A stretch of 49,207 nucleotides of DNA, taken from positions 103,431-152,637 of the forward strand of contig CAXIUT010000057.1 in NCBI GenBank assembly GCA_964035545.1, given 5' to 3'. Within the stretch, counting starts at the first letter, position 1. Every line of letters starts with the position of its first letter. Source of the stretch: Bugula neritina (Eukaryota; Animalia; Bryozoa). This document shows positions 1 to 12,287 of this stretch, piece after piece. The position numbers and the translations under genes were made by a program. The notes below the pieces were generated by a model. The model was given only the letters and a program-made list of their open reading frames with translations. It was not told the DNA's origin and searched no databases.

Positions 1-76
1 CCCAACCCCAACCCCAACCCCAACCCCAACCCCAACCCCAACCCCAACCCCAACCCCAACCCCAACCCCCAACCCC
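1..76 (+). repeat. Left telomere, (CCCCAA)n
   Basis: About 12 C4A2 units at the extreme end, with one C5 variant near the junction. This is the Tetrahymena-type ciliate telomere repeat. Confidence 0.98.
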
Positions 77-151
77 GATATATTTATTTAAAATATTATT
101 CATAGATATTAATATTAATATGATATATAAATGAATAATGAATTAATAATA

Positions 152-1918
152 TCAAAGAGGCAATAGTTATATTTCTAGTGACGACTTTTTCTTCTTTTTT
201 ATTGTTTATTTAAGCCATTTTTTGATTGGTTTTTATATTTATTGATATATTGATTTGCTTCTTTTGTGGCCTCCTTGACTCTCAGCCTAAGCTACTAGTC
301 TTTGCAAATCATAGTATATCTAATCTTAGAACTAGCTTTCATTATAATTTTATAACTATAAATCTGAATCTATTTATTATATTAAAGATTGAACATTTTA
401 TTGAGGTCTTTAACTCATCTATTCTTAAGAGTAAAAATAATTATTAGACTTTTTTTGCTTATTTTGATATTTTTATCCTTATTTTTAAATATTTATTTAT
501 TTTTACAATTTTAAGTCTGATGTTCTGTTAAATAAATTTGATGCACTGTTAATTTTGTCTGCTTTTATTTATGCTTTTATCATTTGTCTTCCTTCATCTT
601 TTGATTACTTTTAACTTTCTTATTTTTTTGTAAAAAATTTGATCATTCTACTTCTAAATTTGTGTGATTTATAGTTTTAATCAGCTTCTTTCTTCTTTAT
701 TTTTTGTAGTAAGTAGAGTCCTTTGATTTGATGCTTTTATAGTAATATTGTAAGAGCTTTCTCCAAGAATTATACTCTTCTTTGCAAATATATAATATTT
801 AGCAGGTTATTAACTGTATCTTTTAAAGAGTTTAGTGTTTTAGTAGTTTCCCAATCAGGTTCTGATTTAATTGTTGATATAATTTTAAATATTCCTAGTT
901 TGATATAGCTAAAAAAACCAAATTACTTAGCCTATTTGCTTTTGAAGTATTTAGCTGCAAAGAGCATTTCAAAGAAGGCTTATCCATAGATGCTCATAAA
1001 GAAGAAAATACCTAAAAGAGCATTAAAGACTCCACCTACATAAGATAAGGCATCGATAACTGTAAGAAAGTTTCTATTAACAATGGTCTATGACTTTCCT
1101 ATTGTGAGATGGAAGTCAATAGTTGAAGAATGTCCAGTTTAGTCAGTGATTTATATTTATTTTTAAAGAGCAAATCCAACAGTTGTTGATACATCATTTT
1201 GGAAAGGAAAGATGGCATTGTCAGAGGTCAATGAAGTTTTGACCAAAGTGGCTGAAACAACTTGGTAGAATGAGTTATAATTAATGAACTATTTTCTCAT
1301 TGTATATTCCCATTATTAGTTCATTTTATGAGCGTTGAGATATGAAGAAACTATCCAAATATTGAAAGTTGTACTATCGCATAAGTTATCAGTGTTATTC
1401 TATGAAGTTTACATACACTAACTGCTAAAGACGATATCTTTTAGTTATCTATCTAAGATGTTTCCTCCAATTTAGAAAGAAGTTTATAGAGGAAGGCAGA
1501 GATAGTTATTTTTAAGAATTATATCTAAGTTAAAATCTGTTATTTTAGAGAAATGAGTTGAGTTGCATTTTTACATAATTATTTATTATCTTTTTGCTCC
1601 GTTTTATGTGATATAATTCACCCTTGTATTCATATAATCTTAGTCTATTATTGCTACCATGACAGGTTGGATAATATTGCTTTAAATAGTAGTTATGTTT
1701 TAAAAAGGAGGTTAACTGTAAAAAGTTTGAGTTTTTGTTAGAGTCATTGTCTATCTGTTGAATACTTATATCATTTTGTAAAATAGAATCAAACCAATTA
1801 CAACGAAAAGAATTAGAGAACAGATTCCTCCGAAGGTATGACTTACATGATGGCGATGGCCTAGTCTCCACATTTGGAAGTATGGAAATAAATTCACTTA
1901 TTGGAGAAAAGTTGACAT
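152..1918 (-). CDS. Two-TM membrane protein of a ciliate-expanded family (588 aa)
   Basis: ATG 1918 to TGA 152 with no in-frame TGA (TAR=Glu). TM1 is HTFGGICSLILFVVIGLILF, followed by a large loop, then TM2 NRNFLTVIDALSYVGGVFNALLGIFFFM. Confidence 0.8.
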
Positions 1919-2194
1919 TGTTTTGAGTTTGTTATTAAACTATGTTATATATCTAATATCTAATAAAATATATATCAATAATAAACGTTTTTTATCTTTA
2001 GAGGATATATTTCAGAAGAATTCATTTTATAAATTTTAGAGGATCGATGATATTTTGTTTAACTTGATTAAATTTATGTCATTTAAGGTCATATCATTTA
2101 ATAAGGTCAAAATAAATATTTATAAATGATGGTGAATCATTGAATTATATATCTCTTTAATTTAAACAATTATATTTAACTAAGCTGCAGATAT

Positions 2195-5100
2195 ATGAAA
2201 AGTTCCTAGACATGGAATCAAGCTTTCTAATCTATCGGTTTTGATTCAAAAAAAGAACATTTGGTCAACGAGTAGACCATCAAACACAATATTCCTTAAA
2301 ATATTTTTGATTCTTCAGAATTACAACAAGAAAGATTAAGTACCCTACAGCCTTCAGGATAACTTATCACTAGCAAAATGAATTCATAGTCTCATAGTGG
2401 AAAAGGTCAATAAAAATATGAATATAGTCATACTGAACAAGGAAGATCTTTATCTCTCCTCGATAAAGCAGAGGAAAGTCAGTTATAGGATAAGGGTAAA
2501 GTCGAATAGAATAAAAATAAATAGAGACAGGAATAAATTAATCTAAAACCAACTCAAATAAATATTCGACCAGTAAATAAGCCTCAAGTCCAGGTAATGT
2601 CCAATCAATACCATCAACCGAATAGACCAATCGTATATCCGCCCACTCCTCATTTGCATCATCATATGTCTCATCCTTAACCCAATAGAATCTAAAATCG
2701 TAGGCCTTCAGGATTCCAGGAACTTGACACAATACCCTTGACTCAGCAATCTTATGCTCCCAGTCAAAAAACTCTAGTTATTACTCATAATCAAAATTTA
2801 TCACCACAGAACAATACAGTCTATCGTAGTCACTTGACGACCGAGAAGGTGCAATCGACTATTCACTAAAATTCATAGAAACGGATAGTCAACAGTCCAG
2901 ATACAAAACTAGGCCTCAACGCAAGTCCATTGGCAAGAACTGAGGCGGTAAGGAGTGTTATACAGCAGCCATATCCAATACACGATGGTCTGCATCAACA
3001 AGTAGAACATTGGCGTTATCAGTATGAAGAGAGTCGGAGGGAATTATCATATGCTCGAAGGGAATATGGAGAACAAATGGAAAGAGTGGTTTTGAGGAGT
3101 AGAGAATTGGAAGAAGAAAATGTTAGATTAAAAGAAATGAATCGACTTATGGCTCTATAGTACAATATGAAGGTGGAGTAGTTGGAAAAGGGAAAGAGTT
3201 TTAATGAGGAAAATGAGTGGAAAAAACAACTATAAGAGAGGTATATTTTGATAACTTTATTGAAGAAGTAGAATCAGCAATATAGATAGAAGTTATAGTA
3301 CTATGGAGAATTGTAGTTGTAAATTCAGAATTTGTAGTAGAATATGTCGATAATGAAGTTATAAATGTAACAGAAAGAGAGTCAAATATTATAATTGAGA
3401 AAGTAGGTTTCTATTAAAGGAGATTTTTCTGAAATCAATCGTTCAAGGCCACAGCTAGACAATACTAGGCTAGATAATACAAGAATGTTTGATTTGGAGA
3501 TGCAGAACAATCGACTTGTAGCTTAGATAGCTGCCAGGAATGAGACTTATGAGCAGTAAAGCAAAATCAATGGGCTTAAGTTCAATGAGTTGTTCTAAAA
3601 GTATCAAACTAGTATCAGCTAAAAAGATAGTCAACTTAAAGTGCTTCAATAGAAGGTTGCTATCCTTGAAAGTGACATAAACAAGAAAGATTCTCTTCTT
3701 AGAAATTTAAGAGACGAGCTAATTGTGGCTTAAAGGAAGACTTCGCCTCGTTCAAGTCATGCTCAAATGGCTCATCTTAGGAGTTCTACTGGTTCTATAG
3801 CTCCTATTGATAAAGTGGACAAGAGTGAGGATAGTAAAAGAGAAATTGATAATTTAAGGAAACATATTTTTGATAAAGATAGGGAAATAGTGATTCAAGA
3901 GCAAAGGAAAGAGGAATTGAAGGATTTACTTGAGTAAAGTTAGAATACTTCTCAGCGAAGAAAGAATGAAATCAATCGGTTGAAGAGATAGTTGTCTGAA
4001 TACGAGGAACAGATGGGTGATTATGAGCGAATTAAGGAAACTTTAACGAAAAAGAGTAATTAATTGATGGAAATAAGATAAATTTTAATGGAGAAGGAGA
4101 CTAATACTGGATAGTATGATATTTTATCAAGGGAAAATTAAAAATTAAAGGAAATTACTATGAAGAAAAACTATTAGTTATCTGACCTTTCTGAGAAACT
4201 ATTTTAAACATAAAAGAAATTAAGAGAGCAAGAGGGTTATAATCCAAGAATATAGGCTTTGTAGTAGGAAGTAGAATCATTAAATAGTCATCTCAGAGCG
4301 CATATTTCTGAGATCTAGAGGCTAACAATTACTTTAGAGCACGAAAATGAGCGAATTCTTGAAGGAGAACTACAGATATAAAAAGAGAGACAGCGGCAAA
4401 GTGAATACCAGAGTATGATCGCCGAAAAGCATGAACATATTTAAGAGCTATAGTAAGAACTGTAGCAGTCATAGAAAAGATATCAATTGATGTAGAGAGA
4501 ATTGGAGGGTCTTGCTGATAAGATCTTTGAATATGAGAAGTATAGTTAATAGTTGAAGCAAGAAAACATGGAATATAGTAAAAGAGTTGAATTATATGAG
4601 AGAGAGCTGAGAGATAGAGCTGTTGAGTTAGAAAAGGGACTTTAGTCACAGCAAGAACTTGAAATGTTCAAGAAGGAATCACAGAGGGAAATAAAGAGTA
4701 TTTAGAGTAGATTGATGGAATAAATGAATTATAAGAATCAGGAATTGATAGTAGTAAGTCAGCGATGTAAGTAGTTATAAGGTGGAATTCGAAGTTATAA
4801 AGATAAGATTAGTAAATTGTAGCAGTAGATAGTAAATATAAAAAATCTAAAGAGTAAAGACAGTTAATACAAAGAGATCGTAAAGAAGTTGAAGTAGAAG
4901 ATTCAAAGTTATGAGAGAAATATTTTGAGTAGTGCTCATGCTAGATCTCTTTTCCATCCAATATAAAGGTCAGGCAAGACATTTGAAAACAGAATGATTT
5001 ATTAATTAAAAAATTAAAACTAAAATCTGAAAGGAAATCTGAGGAGAGTATATAGTCCTTAATGTCGTAATTCAGAAGTTACATCAACTGTTAAAAACAG

Positions 5101-5641
5101 ACTAAATACATTTTCTAGAAATCTTTTAGAAGTTATTGAACCTTAAAGACAGTTGAAAAGGGTAAAGAGTGAGGAAACTATGATCGCTAATTTCGATAAC
5201 GAGGGCAGTCGGGTTAACTTTAGATAGACTGAGTGGTAATCTATAAATACAACTCGGATGGTTGGTCAGGAAAATAATATTACTCTGTAATTATTATAAC
5301 AATCTTATCAAGAGAAAGTGGGATACTACAAAACTAAAAATTAAGAATTATCTGAACGGAATAGCGGGTTATTGAAAATGAACAAAGAATTGAAAGATAG
5401 TTTGAATAAGTTGTCAGAGAGTAGGAATGAATAAATAAAATAATTTTACACCCAATAACTTAGATTTTAGAAATAGAAGGTGGCAAGATTGTAAAAGCAA
5501 TTAGGCAATACTCGAAAAGAGTATAAGCAACTGTAGGATAGATATCAATCTCTGAAGTACCGTAGGAGTTCAAAGAGAGAATAGCAAGAGGTAATATACA
5601 ATTTCCAACCTAAACATATGGTATCAGATTATACTTTATGA
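2195..5641 (+). CDS. Large coiled-coil protein (~1148 aa)
   Basis: ATG and TGA are in the same frame as the 2930..3160 ORF fragment. E/K/Q/L-rich heptad-like sequence with many TAR codons. The frame was spot-checked, not read at every codon. Confidence 0.75.
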
Positions 5642-5692
5642 TTCTATTTATTATATTGATACCTAATTATAAAAGTTAAACGGTTATAATTG

Positions 5693-6540
5693 ATGAAAAG
5701 ATAGATTCTTAAGGAATATGATCTCTATGATGATATCGTTCGTTTGAATCATCATGAATACTACCAGGAATCATTTGATACTTCTGAAATAGTTGCGCAT
5801 TTCTAGAAGATACTATCTAGAAGACCTATGAGATAGAAAAATTCATGTAATTTCTTTTTGAAAAATTTGGAGTCTGTTTCAGATAAAAGTGTCTACCTGA
5901 TTATTAAGTGGCTAATTACTGTGCATAGAATTATCAATCGAGTTGAAAATCCTTATTTACTAGAGGAGATATATAAGAGTTTGGGTAAGACGAAGAAACC
6001 TATGCTGCAGGAGAGAATTGATCAGTATATTCAGAGTAAGTTGGTACAGCCTTATACTCAGTATCTTCAGAAAATAGCTTTGCTTAAATTTAGAGTTATT
6101 TCTCATAGAACACATAGAACAATCAAAGAAAGTAAAGAGAATAAATAGAATTAATAAAACTAATTGAATTTGGGATTTATCAAGTATAATCTTCTTCGTT
6201 TTGCTGTTAGATAATTTTAGGTTCCTATCCGGTAGTTAATGGGTTATTTTGGGTAATGCTATCCTTTTCTTTGTACGTTTACTATTCTTATCTACCGAGA
6301 CCTCCTGGTAACAATGTAATAATATAGAAACTGGTCAATTAGCTTCGATAGCAAATCCAAAAATAGTCTATATCTGGAATAACTCATGAATAGTTGAATA
6401 AATACTAAAACTAACTATCACAATTTGATACAAATACCAGTAAATCAGAATAATATTTATCTTTTCCTATCCTTTAAACTCAAATGAGTCGGTTTTTATG
6501 TTCTAGTGCTAAGAAGAAAGTATCTTGGATTTTATAATGA
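5693..6540 (+). CDS. Hypothetical protein, possibly divergent ANTH/ENTH-like; one intron
   Basis: Contains YLIIKWLITVHRII, which resembles the ANTH KxLxxxHxll helix. Removing 6308-6327 extends the frame to TGA 6538-6540. Confidence 0.6.
6308..6327 (+). other. 20-nt spliceosomal intron
   Basis: gtaacaatgtaataatatag. Removal avoids the TGA at 6395. Support is frame-based only. Confidence 0.7.
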
Positions 6541-6586
6541 TTATTTATAGTTATACTATATATATCATTTGCTTATTGGATTTTTA

Positions 6587-7729
6587 TCATTTGCTCATTT
6601 TTGATTTAAGGGATTATATTATTTTTTTCTGTTGAGTTCGAATTAACTCACTTTTGGCAAAATTTTTCTTTAATTATCTAAATTATATTTCCATAACTTT
6701 GAAATCTTAAAGCTATTCTTTATATTTTTTTGACAAACGTTTGTAATGTTGAAGTTATTTCTCAAGATTTCCCACTTTTTTCATCTATCTAGCTACCTAA
6801 ACTTCTTCTCCTCTCGATATTTATTCTCCTCTTTCAGAACGATCCACTGATCGATTCATATGATCTCTGGAACTGCTTCTCGGTAATGCTTTCTTGGATG
6901 ATAGTGGTCTTTTATGGCTATTTACTTTTGTTTTTTAAACTGATTTTTTAGAAATTATTGAATCTCGAATAGACCTTTTGCTTGTATCTTTTTTATCTTT
7001 ACTTTTATTGCTTCTTGATGATTTATCGATTGAATATTTAGGTCTAAGCAGACTCTCAGTTTATGTACTTATTTTTCTTTAGGTATCTTAGAAGATAATT
7101 TGTTTTTATGATTTTCCTTTTGATTTTTTTCCTACTCTGAGTGTATCTTTTTCTGATGATTTTCTAGAATTAATGATTTTTTGTTCTTCTTTTCTTTTCT
7201 TGATAGCTTGTTGAATTTAGAAATAATCTTAACTATCTTCTTATGCTTATTAATCAGGAAAAGATGGAAATTAGATAGTAAATTTAGTATGTTGTCTTTA
7301 TTTTTATTATGCACACATTAGAAATCTAGCAGTATCTTAATTAGGTTTTGAAGGTACTTTTTATTTGAATTATAATTTTTATTTATGATTTTGTTTATTT
7401 TTATGATCAACTATTTATTCTTACTAGCCTGATGAAACAGAAAAATTATCCATCTTTTTTTAAAGTTAATTTAACTTTCTTTATAAATCACTTATTTCAT
7501 TTTTTTTACTTTTTATATCTGTATCATTCACTTAGTAGTCATAAACAATCGGTTTATTTGAAATATTAGAGAGAGTAGATTTTTTATTATCATCAAATTA
7601 TGAAACAAAACGATATTATTATCTATCTCTCCTACTTTTTTGACGAGACGAGTGACCAGCTATCTCTAGCTAACGATCTAGTTCATCATGCATATATGAT
7701 AGCTTTTCTTTGGACGTTGAATACTTCAT
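6587..7729 (-). CDS. Hypothetical K/E-rich protein with C-terminal coiled coil (380 aa)
   Basis: ATG 7729 to TGA 6587, single open frame under code 30. Confidence 0.65.
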
Positions 7730-7943
7730 TAATATTTAAATTTATCCTTTATAATATCAGTTATTGATATTTATTTTTTATTTAGATATTTTGGTCTTTA
7801 AAAGATAAATCAAGTAGAAATATTGGTTAATACTTAATATAGATAGTAATGATCCAAAAATAGGTTTAGGATTAATATAGCCCTGATGAATCATGATAGC
7901 TTAGCGAGATGGAAGGAGGGAGGAGGGCTCGGCTATCAAGAAT

Positions 7944-8183
7944 TCATTTCAGGTTTTGAAAACGATAATTATTCTTTTTGTTTTTACGTTTTTTCTTATT
8001 TTTTGACCCTTTTCTGATCCTTTGAGATTTCTCCAATTCGAAATCTTCGTCACAGTTGTATGGGTTTTCAAGAGGCCTAAGTTTAGGAGAAGGAGGACAG
8101 ACCAATAGTATCATATCTTTGAACCCAAAGACCATCACTGGTACATCATTCATACTTTCCTAATTGATTATAAAGAGTCCCAT
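7944..8183 (-). CDS. Small basic hypothetical protein (79 aa)
   Basis: Extends the 7944..8153 ORF through a TAG to ATG 8183; lysine-rich C-terminus. Confidence 0.4.
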
Positions 8184-8349
8184 TTTGTTAGAATGTATAA
8201 TTCAGTTATAAGATTATTACTTTAAATAGCTTATGCTTAAATACTCCCACAAAATATAAAATCTTAATCCAAATATTTAAGAATGAGTAATATACATAAT
8301 ATTTGATTACTTTCTGCTTTTATAATAATTCTATTCAATAGATATATCA

Positions 8350-9750
8350 ATGAAGTACACTCTCTATCACCTTTTTGTCTATTTAATAACTTTTATGGTC
8401 TATGCATCTCTTCATGCCATTCGTTAAGGATGGTCTTACTCGAAAGCTGACATAACTTCATAACTGGGTGTTGATAAATCATATCTGGGTATCGTTGATG
8501 CTTTGTATCTTGCTTCATATTCTGCTGGAATGATGATATTAGGGAGCTTTATGCATAATTTTACCTTGAAGTCATATGTAACTATTGGTCTTTTTATTTC
8601 TTGTATTAGCTATATGTTGTGGGTAGTTCTCTATTCTATAACTGGGTTCTATAATGTGGTCTTGATGACCATTTTGATGATGGTTAATGGTTTCTTTCAG
8701 GCTACTGGCTGGCCTGGAGTCATGGGAATTTTTAGTCTATGGTTTGCTGGAGCTAAAAAAGGATTTCTTATGGGAATTTGGGCCTGTAATGCCAATATTG
8801 GAAATATCATTGCTAGTGCATTACTCAATCTTCTAGATGATCATGATGTTCCTTTTGAATGGAATTTTGTCTTAACTGGAGGACTTGGAATCCTAGTTGG
8901 TCTTATTTTGTTGATATTTTTAGTAGACAAATCAGAATAGCATAAAAATGAAGAATAAAATAGTGAAAAAGCGATTGGATAAGGCGAATAGATTTAAAAA
9001 TCTTTGATTGAGGATCAAAATGAGAATCGATAAGACTTGCCTTTGAATGGAAGTTAAGCTGATTCTCCTTCTGAAGAGTAAAAGAAGTAATAGACTATAT
9101 TTAAGTATGGAATATTTTCTATTTTATGTCTTCCTAGAGTTCCTAACTATGTATTTGCTTATGCTTGTTTGAAAGGTTGTGTCTATGGTTTGTTATTTTG
9201 GTTGCCAACTATGCTTGATGAACATAAAGGAGATATTCAGAGTCAGAAAGGGTATATATCTGCTATGATGGATATTGGAGCTGTTGTTGGAGGGTTAACT
9301 ACTGGATTTTTGTCTGATTTTTTCAATAAAAAGGCTTTATTGTTGAGTCCCTCCTTATTTTTTTGTGCTATTATACTCTTTATTATATCATTTGCTCTAG
9401 GTGATGTGGTTTGGCCTTATTACCTTACCATCTTTATGGCTGGTTTCTTTATAAGTGGGCCATATAATATAATTGGAACTTTAATAGCAATAGATATTGG
9501 TTCTAGCATTAAAGAGAAAGGAGCAGTTTCTAAGGTTTCTTCTTTGATTGAGGCATTTGCAGCTATATTTACAACGATTGAGATGATAGTGATACCGTAT
9601 TTTGATTAAAGCGTAGTATTCTATATGTTTGCAGGAGAATGTCTTATTGCTACTATTTTACTTATTCCTCCATTTTTAGAAGAAGTCAGAGGAAAATAAG
9701 TCAATTATATTGCTAAAAATGAATAAGAAACTAATGAGATATCATAATGA
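8350..9750 (+). CDS. MFS sugar-phosphate/Pi exchanger, SLC37/GlpT (OPA) family (466 aa)
   Basis: Joins ORFs 8503 and 9169 in one frame. Motifs NGFFQATGWP, MGIWACNANIGNI, YGLLFWLP, GFLSD, GPYNII. Confidence 0.92.
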
Positions 9751-9869
9751 TCTTTCGAAATACTTATAGATAAATAAATCATCATATTAATGTCAAGTAA
9801 TTAGATAGTTCGAGATAAAATATAAATAGTTATAATAATTGATAATAATTTAGGAATTCGATTGTTTCA

Positions 9870-11143
9870 TCACTTCAGGTCTCTTTCTCTCAACTCTTCG
9901 AACTTGAAATTCCCTTCATTTTCGATCTTATCAACTTTCCATTTATCTTTCTTGCTCACCAAAATAGTACACTTTCCTTCTTTGCCAGCTCTTCCTGTTC
10001 TTCCGGATCGATGGACGTAGACTTCAATTTTATCAGAAGGATCAACTTGGACGACTAGCTCGATATCAGGAAAGTCAAGCCCTCTAGCTGCGACATTAGT
10101 GGCAACAACCATCTGAATTCTTCCTTTTGAGAAGTCCTTATATATCTGTTACCTATCTTTTTGTTTCACATCACCATGTAGTTTTTTGCATTTTTATTCC
10201 TTAAGGGACTAGTATATTTCATCAACTTTACGTTTTGTTTCACAAAATACAATGCATCTACCTTACTTTGATACCATTTTTCTGCATAATTTTCTTATTA
10301 TATTGGCACTTTCATCACCGTAGCTCGTGATGTATCTGTAGTGTTTGATTCCTTTAGGAACACTGATCTCATCATTTCCAACTCTGTCGATCTTTTGACA
10401 ATTTTTTTGATACTTTTTTGATATTTATTTGATCCATTAGGGCATAGTAGCAGATAGTAGCAAAGTCTGTGGCTTCTTTGGAACTTCTTTCTATAAAGCC
10501 TTGAAGATCTTTTCAATGTCTTCTCTGAAACCCATCTTAAGCATTTCATCAGCTTCATCTAAGATCAGACTTGTCAACTGATCGAATTGAATTCCTTCAC
10601 TTTCAATGAAATCAATCAGTCTTCCAGGAGTAGCAACTATCACATCCACACCAGAATTCAAACCATTCAGTTGTCTTTTACGATCATCACCGCCATAGAC
10701 AGCTAGCACTCGAAGTGGGTTGTTTTTTGTTGATAGCATCTCAAAGGTGGTTCTAACTTGAGTGGCTAATTCTCTAAATACTAAAATATTTACCGAGTAG
10801 GGATCATGACAAGAACTTTAGGCGAGTTTCCATTCAATAGCTTGTTTTTTTTCATTTTTTCAAGAGTTGGTAATGCATAGGCCAAAGTTTTGCCTGAGCC
10901 TGTTTTGTCTTTAACAGTCACATCGTAGCCATTAGTGATCAGGGTGTAGGTTTCTTGTTGAACTGGGAATAACTTAGTTATTTTGTTTTTGTTCAGGTTT
11001 TCAATCAGTTCTTAATCTTTGATGTAGTTCTAGAGGTCACTATTACTGCGATTCTCAAGTTTGGTAGAGCAATCTTTGTAGTCTTTGAGCTGTCTCTTGT
11101 AGTAAGTTTCATTGTCTTAACCTTTGAAAGCACGTTTGGTCAT
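9870..11143 (-). CDS. DEAD-box RNA helicase, DDX21/DDX50-like core (417 aa); one intron
   Basis: Motifs LFPVQ, TGSGKT, PTRELA (spans the intron), TPGR, DEAD, SAT, LHGD, ATNVAARGLD, YVHRSGRTGRAG. Confidence 0.93.
10774..10793 (-). other. 20-nt spliceosomal intron
   Basis: gtaaatattttagtatttag. Removal restores helicase motif Ia PTRELA. Confidence 0.95.
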
Positions 11144-11250
11144 CTTTGAGGCTAAAGTTAAAAGTCAATTATAAGAAATGATAAATGAGTTTGTATTTAA
11201 GATGCCATTTTATAAATAAGTAATATATAATTCTATAAACACTTCAAATA

Positions 11251-12234
11251 TCATAAAGCTGCTCCTTCTGCTATAGCCTATTCTGACTTCTAAAACCAAA
11301 CTATAAATGCTATAAAGACATTTGCCAAAATAACCATTAATAGCTTTTGTTTCCCAAAATTTTGAAGTTGCTCTTGAAGGACTTAGCCAAGAGATATATA
11401 GAAAAAAGTGCCTGCAGACATGCTCATAAAGAACGCCATTACGAATGTTCCCTGGCCCATAAGGATACTTCCAACTGTTAGTCCTAAAATGTTGATAAAT
11501 CCTTGCATAATAACCATTAACATTGCCGTACGACCTCCATATCCTGCTTTTTTATACATAAGACCTAGAGTTAAACCTTATGCCCATTTGTGCACGAGAA
11601 TTGCTGAGGCAAGACTGAGCACTCCGATGGTATTTTTCTGAAGGCCAAGAGCCAAAGTTTAGAAAAAAGCATGAATACTTATTCCTATTTGCAGAATAAA
11701 TGGTTTCCAGTTGATTGAAGTGGAATTACCTGTGTTGAGAGGATTATTTTATTGTATTTCTTGTCTTTAACTTGCGACATCTGCCACATTTTCATCTACT
11801 ACGACTAATTAATTTTGACCTCTTTATCTCATTTCAACTGATTTTCCATCTTAGTTTTTTCTAGGTCCTGCGACAAATGAAATCTAATACTAGTGATCAT
11901 GTGAGTGTCCCATGACTAGTTTATCAAGGCACATAATGATCAACATGGTAACTACTGCAATTATCATGGTGGGTGGTAGTTTGCCTTGATGGAAAGAAGA
12001 AGATGACGATTTTGTTGAATTCTATGAGAAGTACTGGTCGAAGTTGGATATTGCTTATGGGATGACATCTATCAATGCTATTGAAAGGAATAGAGTTCCT
12101 GAGAAGGTCATGGCTAGATCCATGATTTTTTTGTTTTGGAAGCAGGCTAGTCCTGAGACGCAGTTGCCAAATATGGTAACTTAAAGGAAGAAGGTGATCA
12201 TGAGGGTGATTTTGACTGCTAGAACACTTCCCAT
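11251..12234 (-). CDS. ZIP (SLC39) zinc/iron transporter (327 aa)
   Basis: SIHAFF[TAA]TLALG, ILVHKWA[TAA]GLTLG, a His-rich loop and multiple TMs. Confidence 0.92.
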
Positions 12235-12287
12235 TTAAAATTTCTATATGTTAATAATGATTTGGGTAATTAAAATAAGATAGTAGA

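Noticed and set aside
909-926. Possible 18-nt intron gtaatttggtttttttag in the first gene
   Set aside because: It is in frame, reads as plausible coding sequence (KEFGFFSY) and lacks the -6 A.
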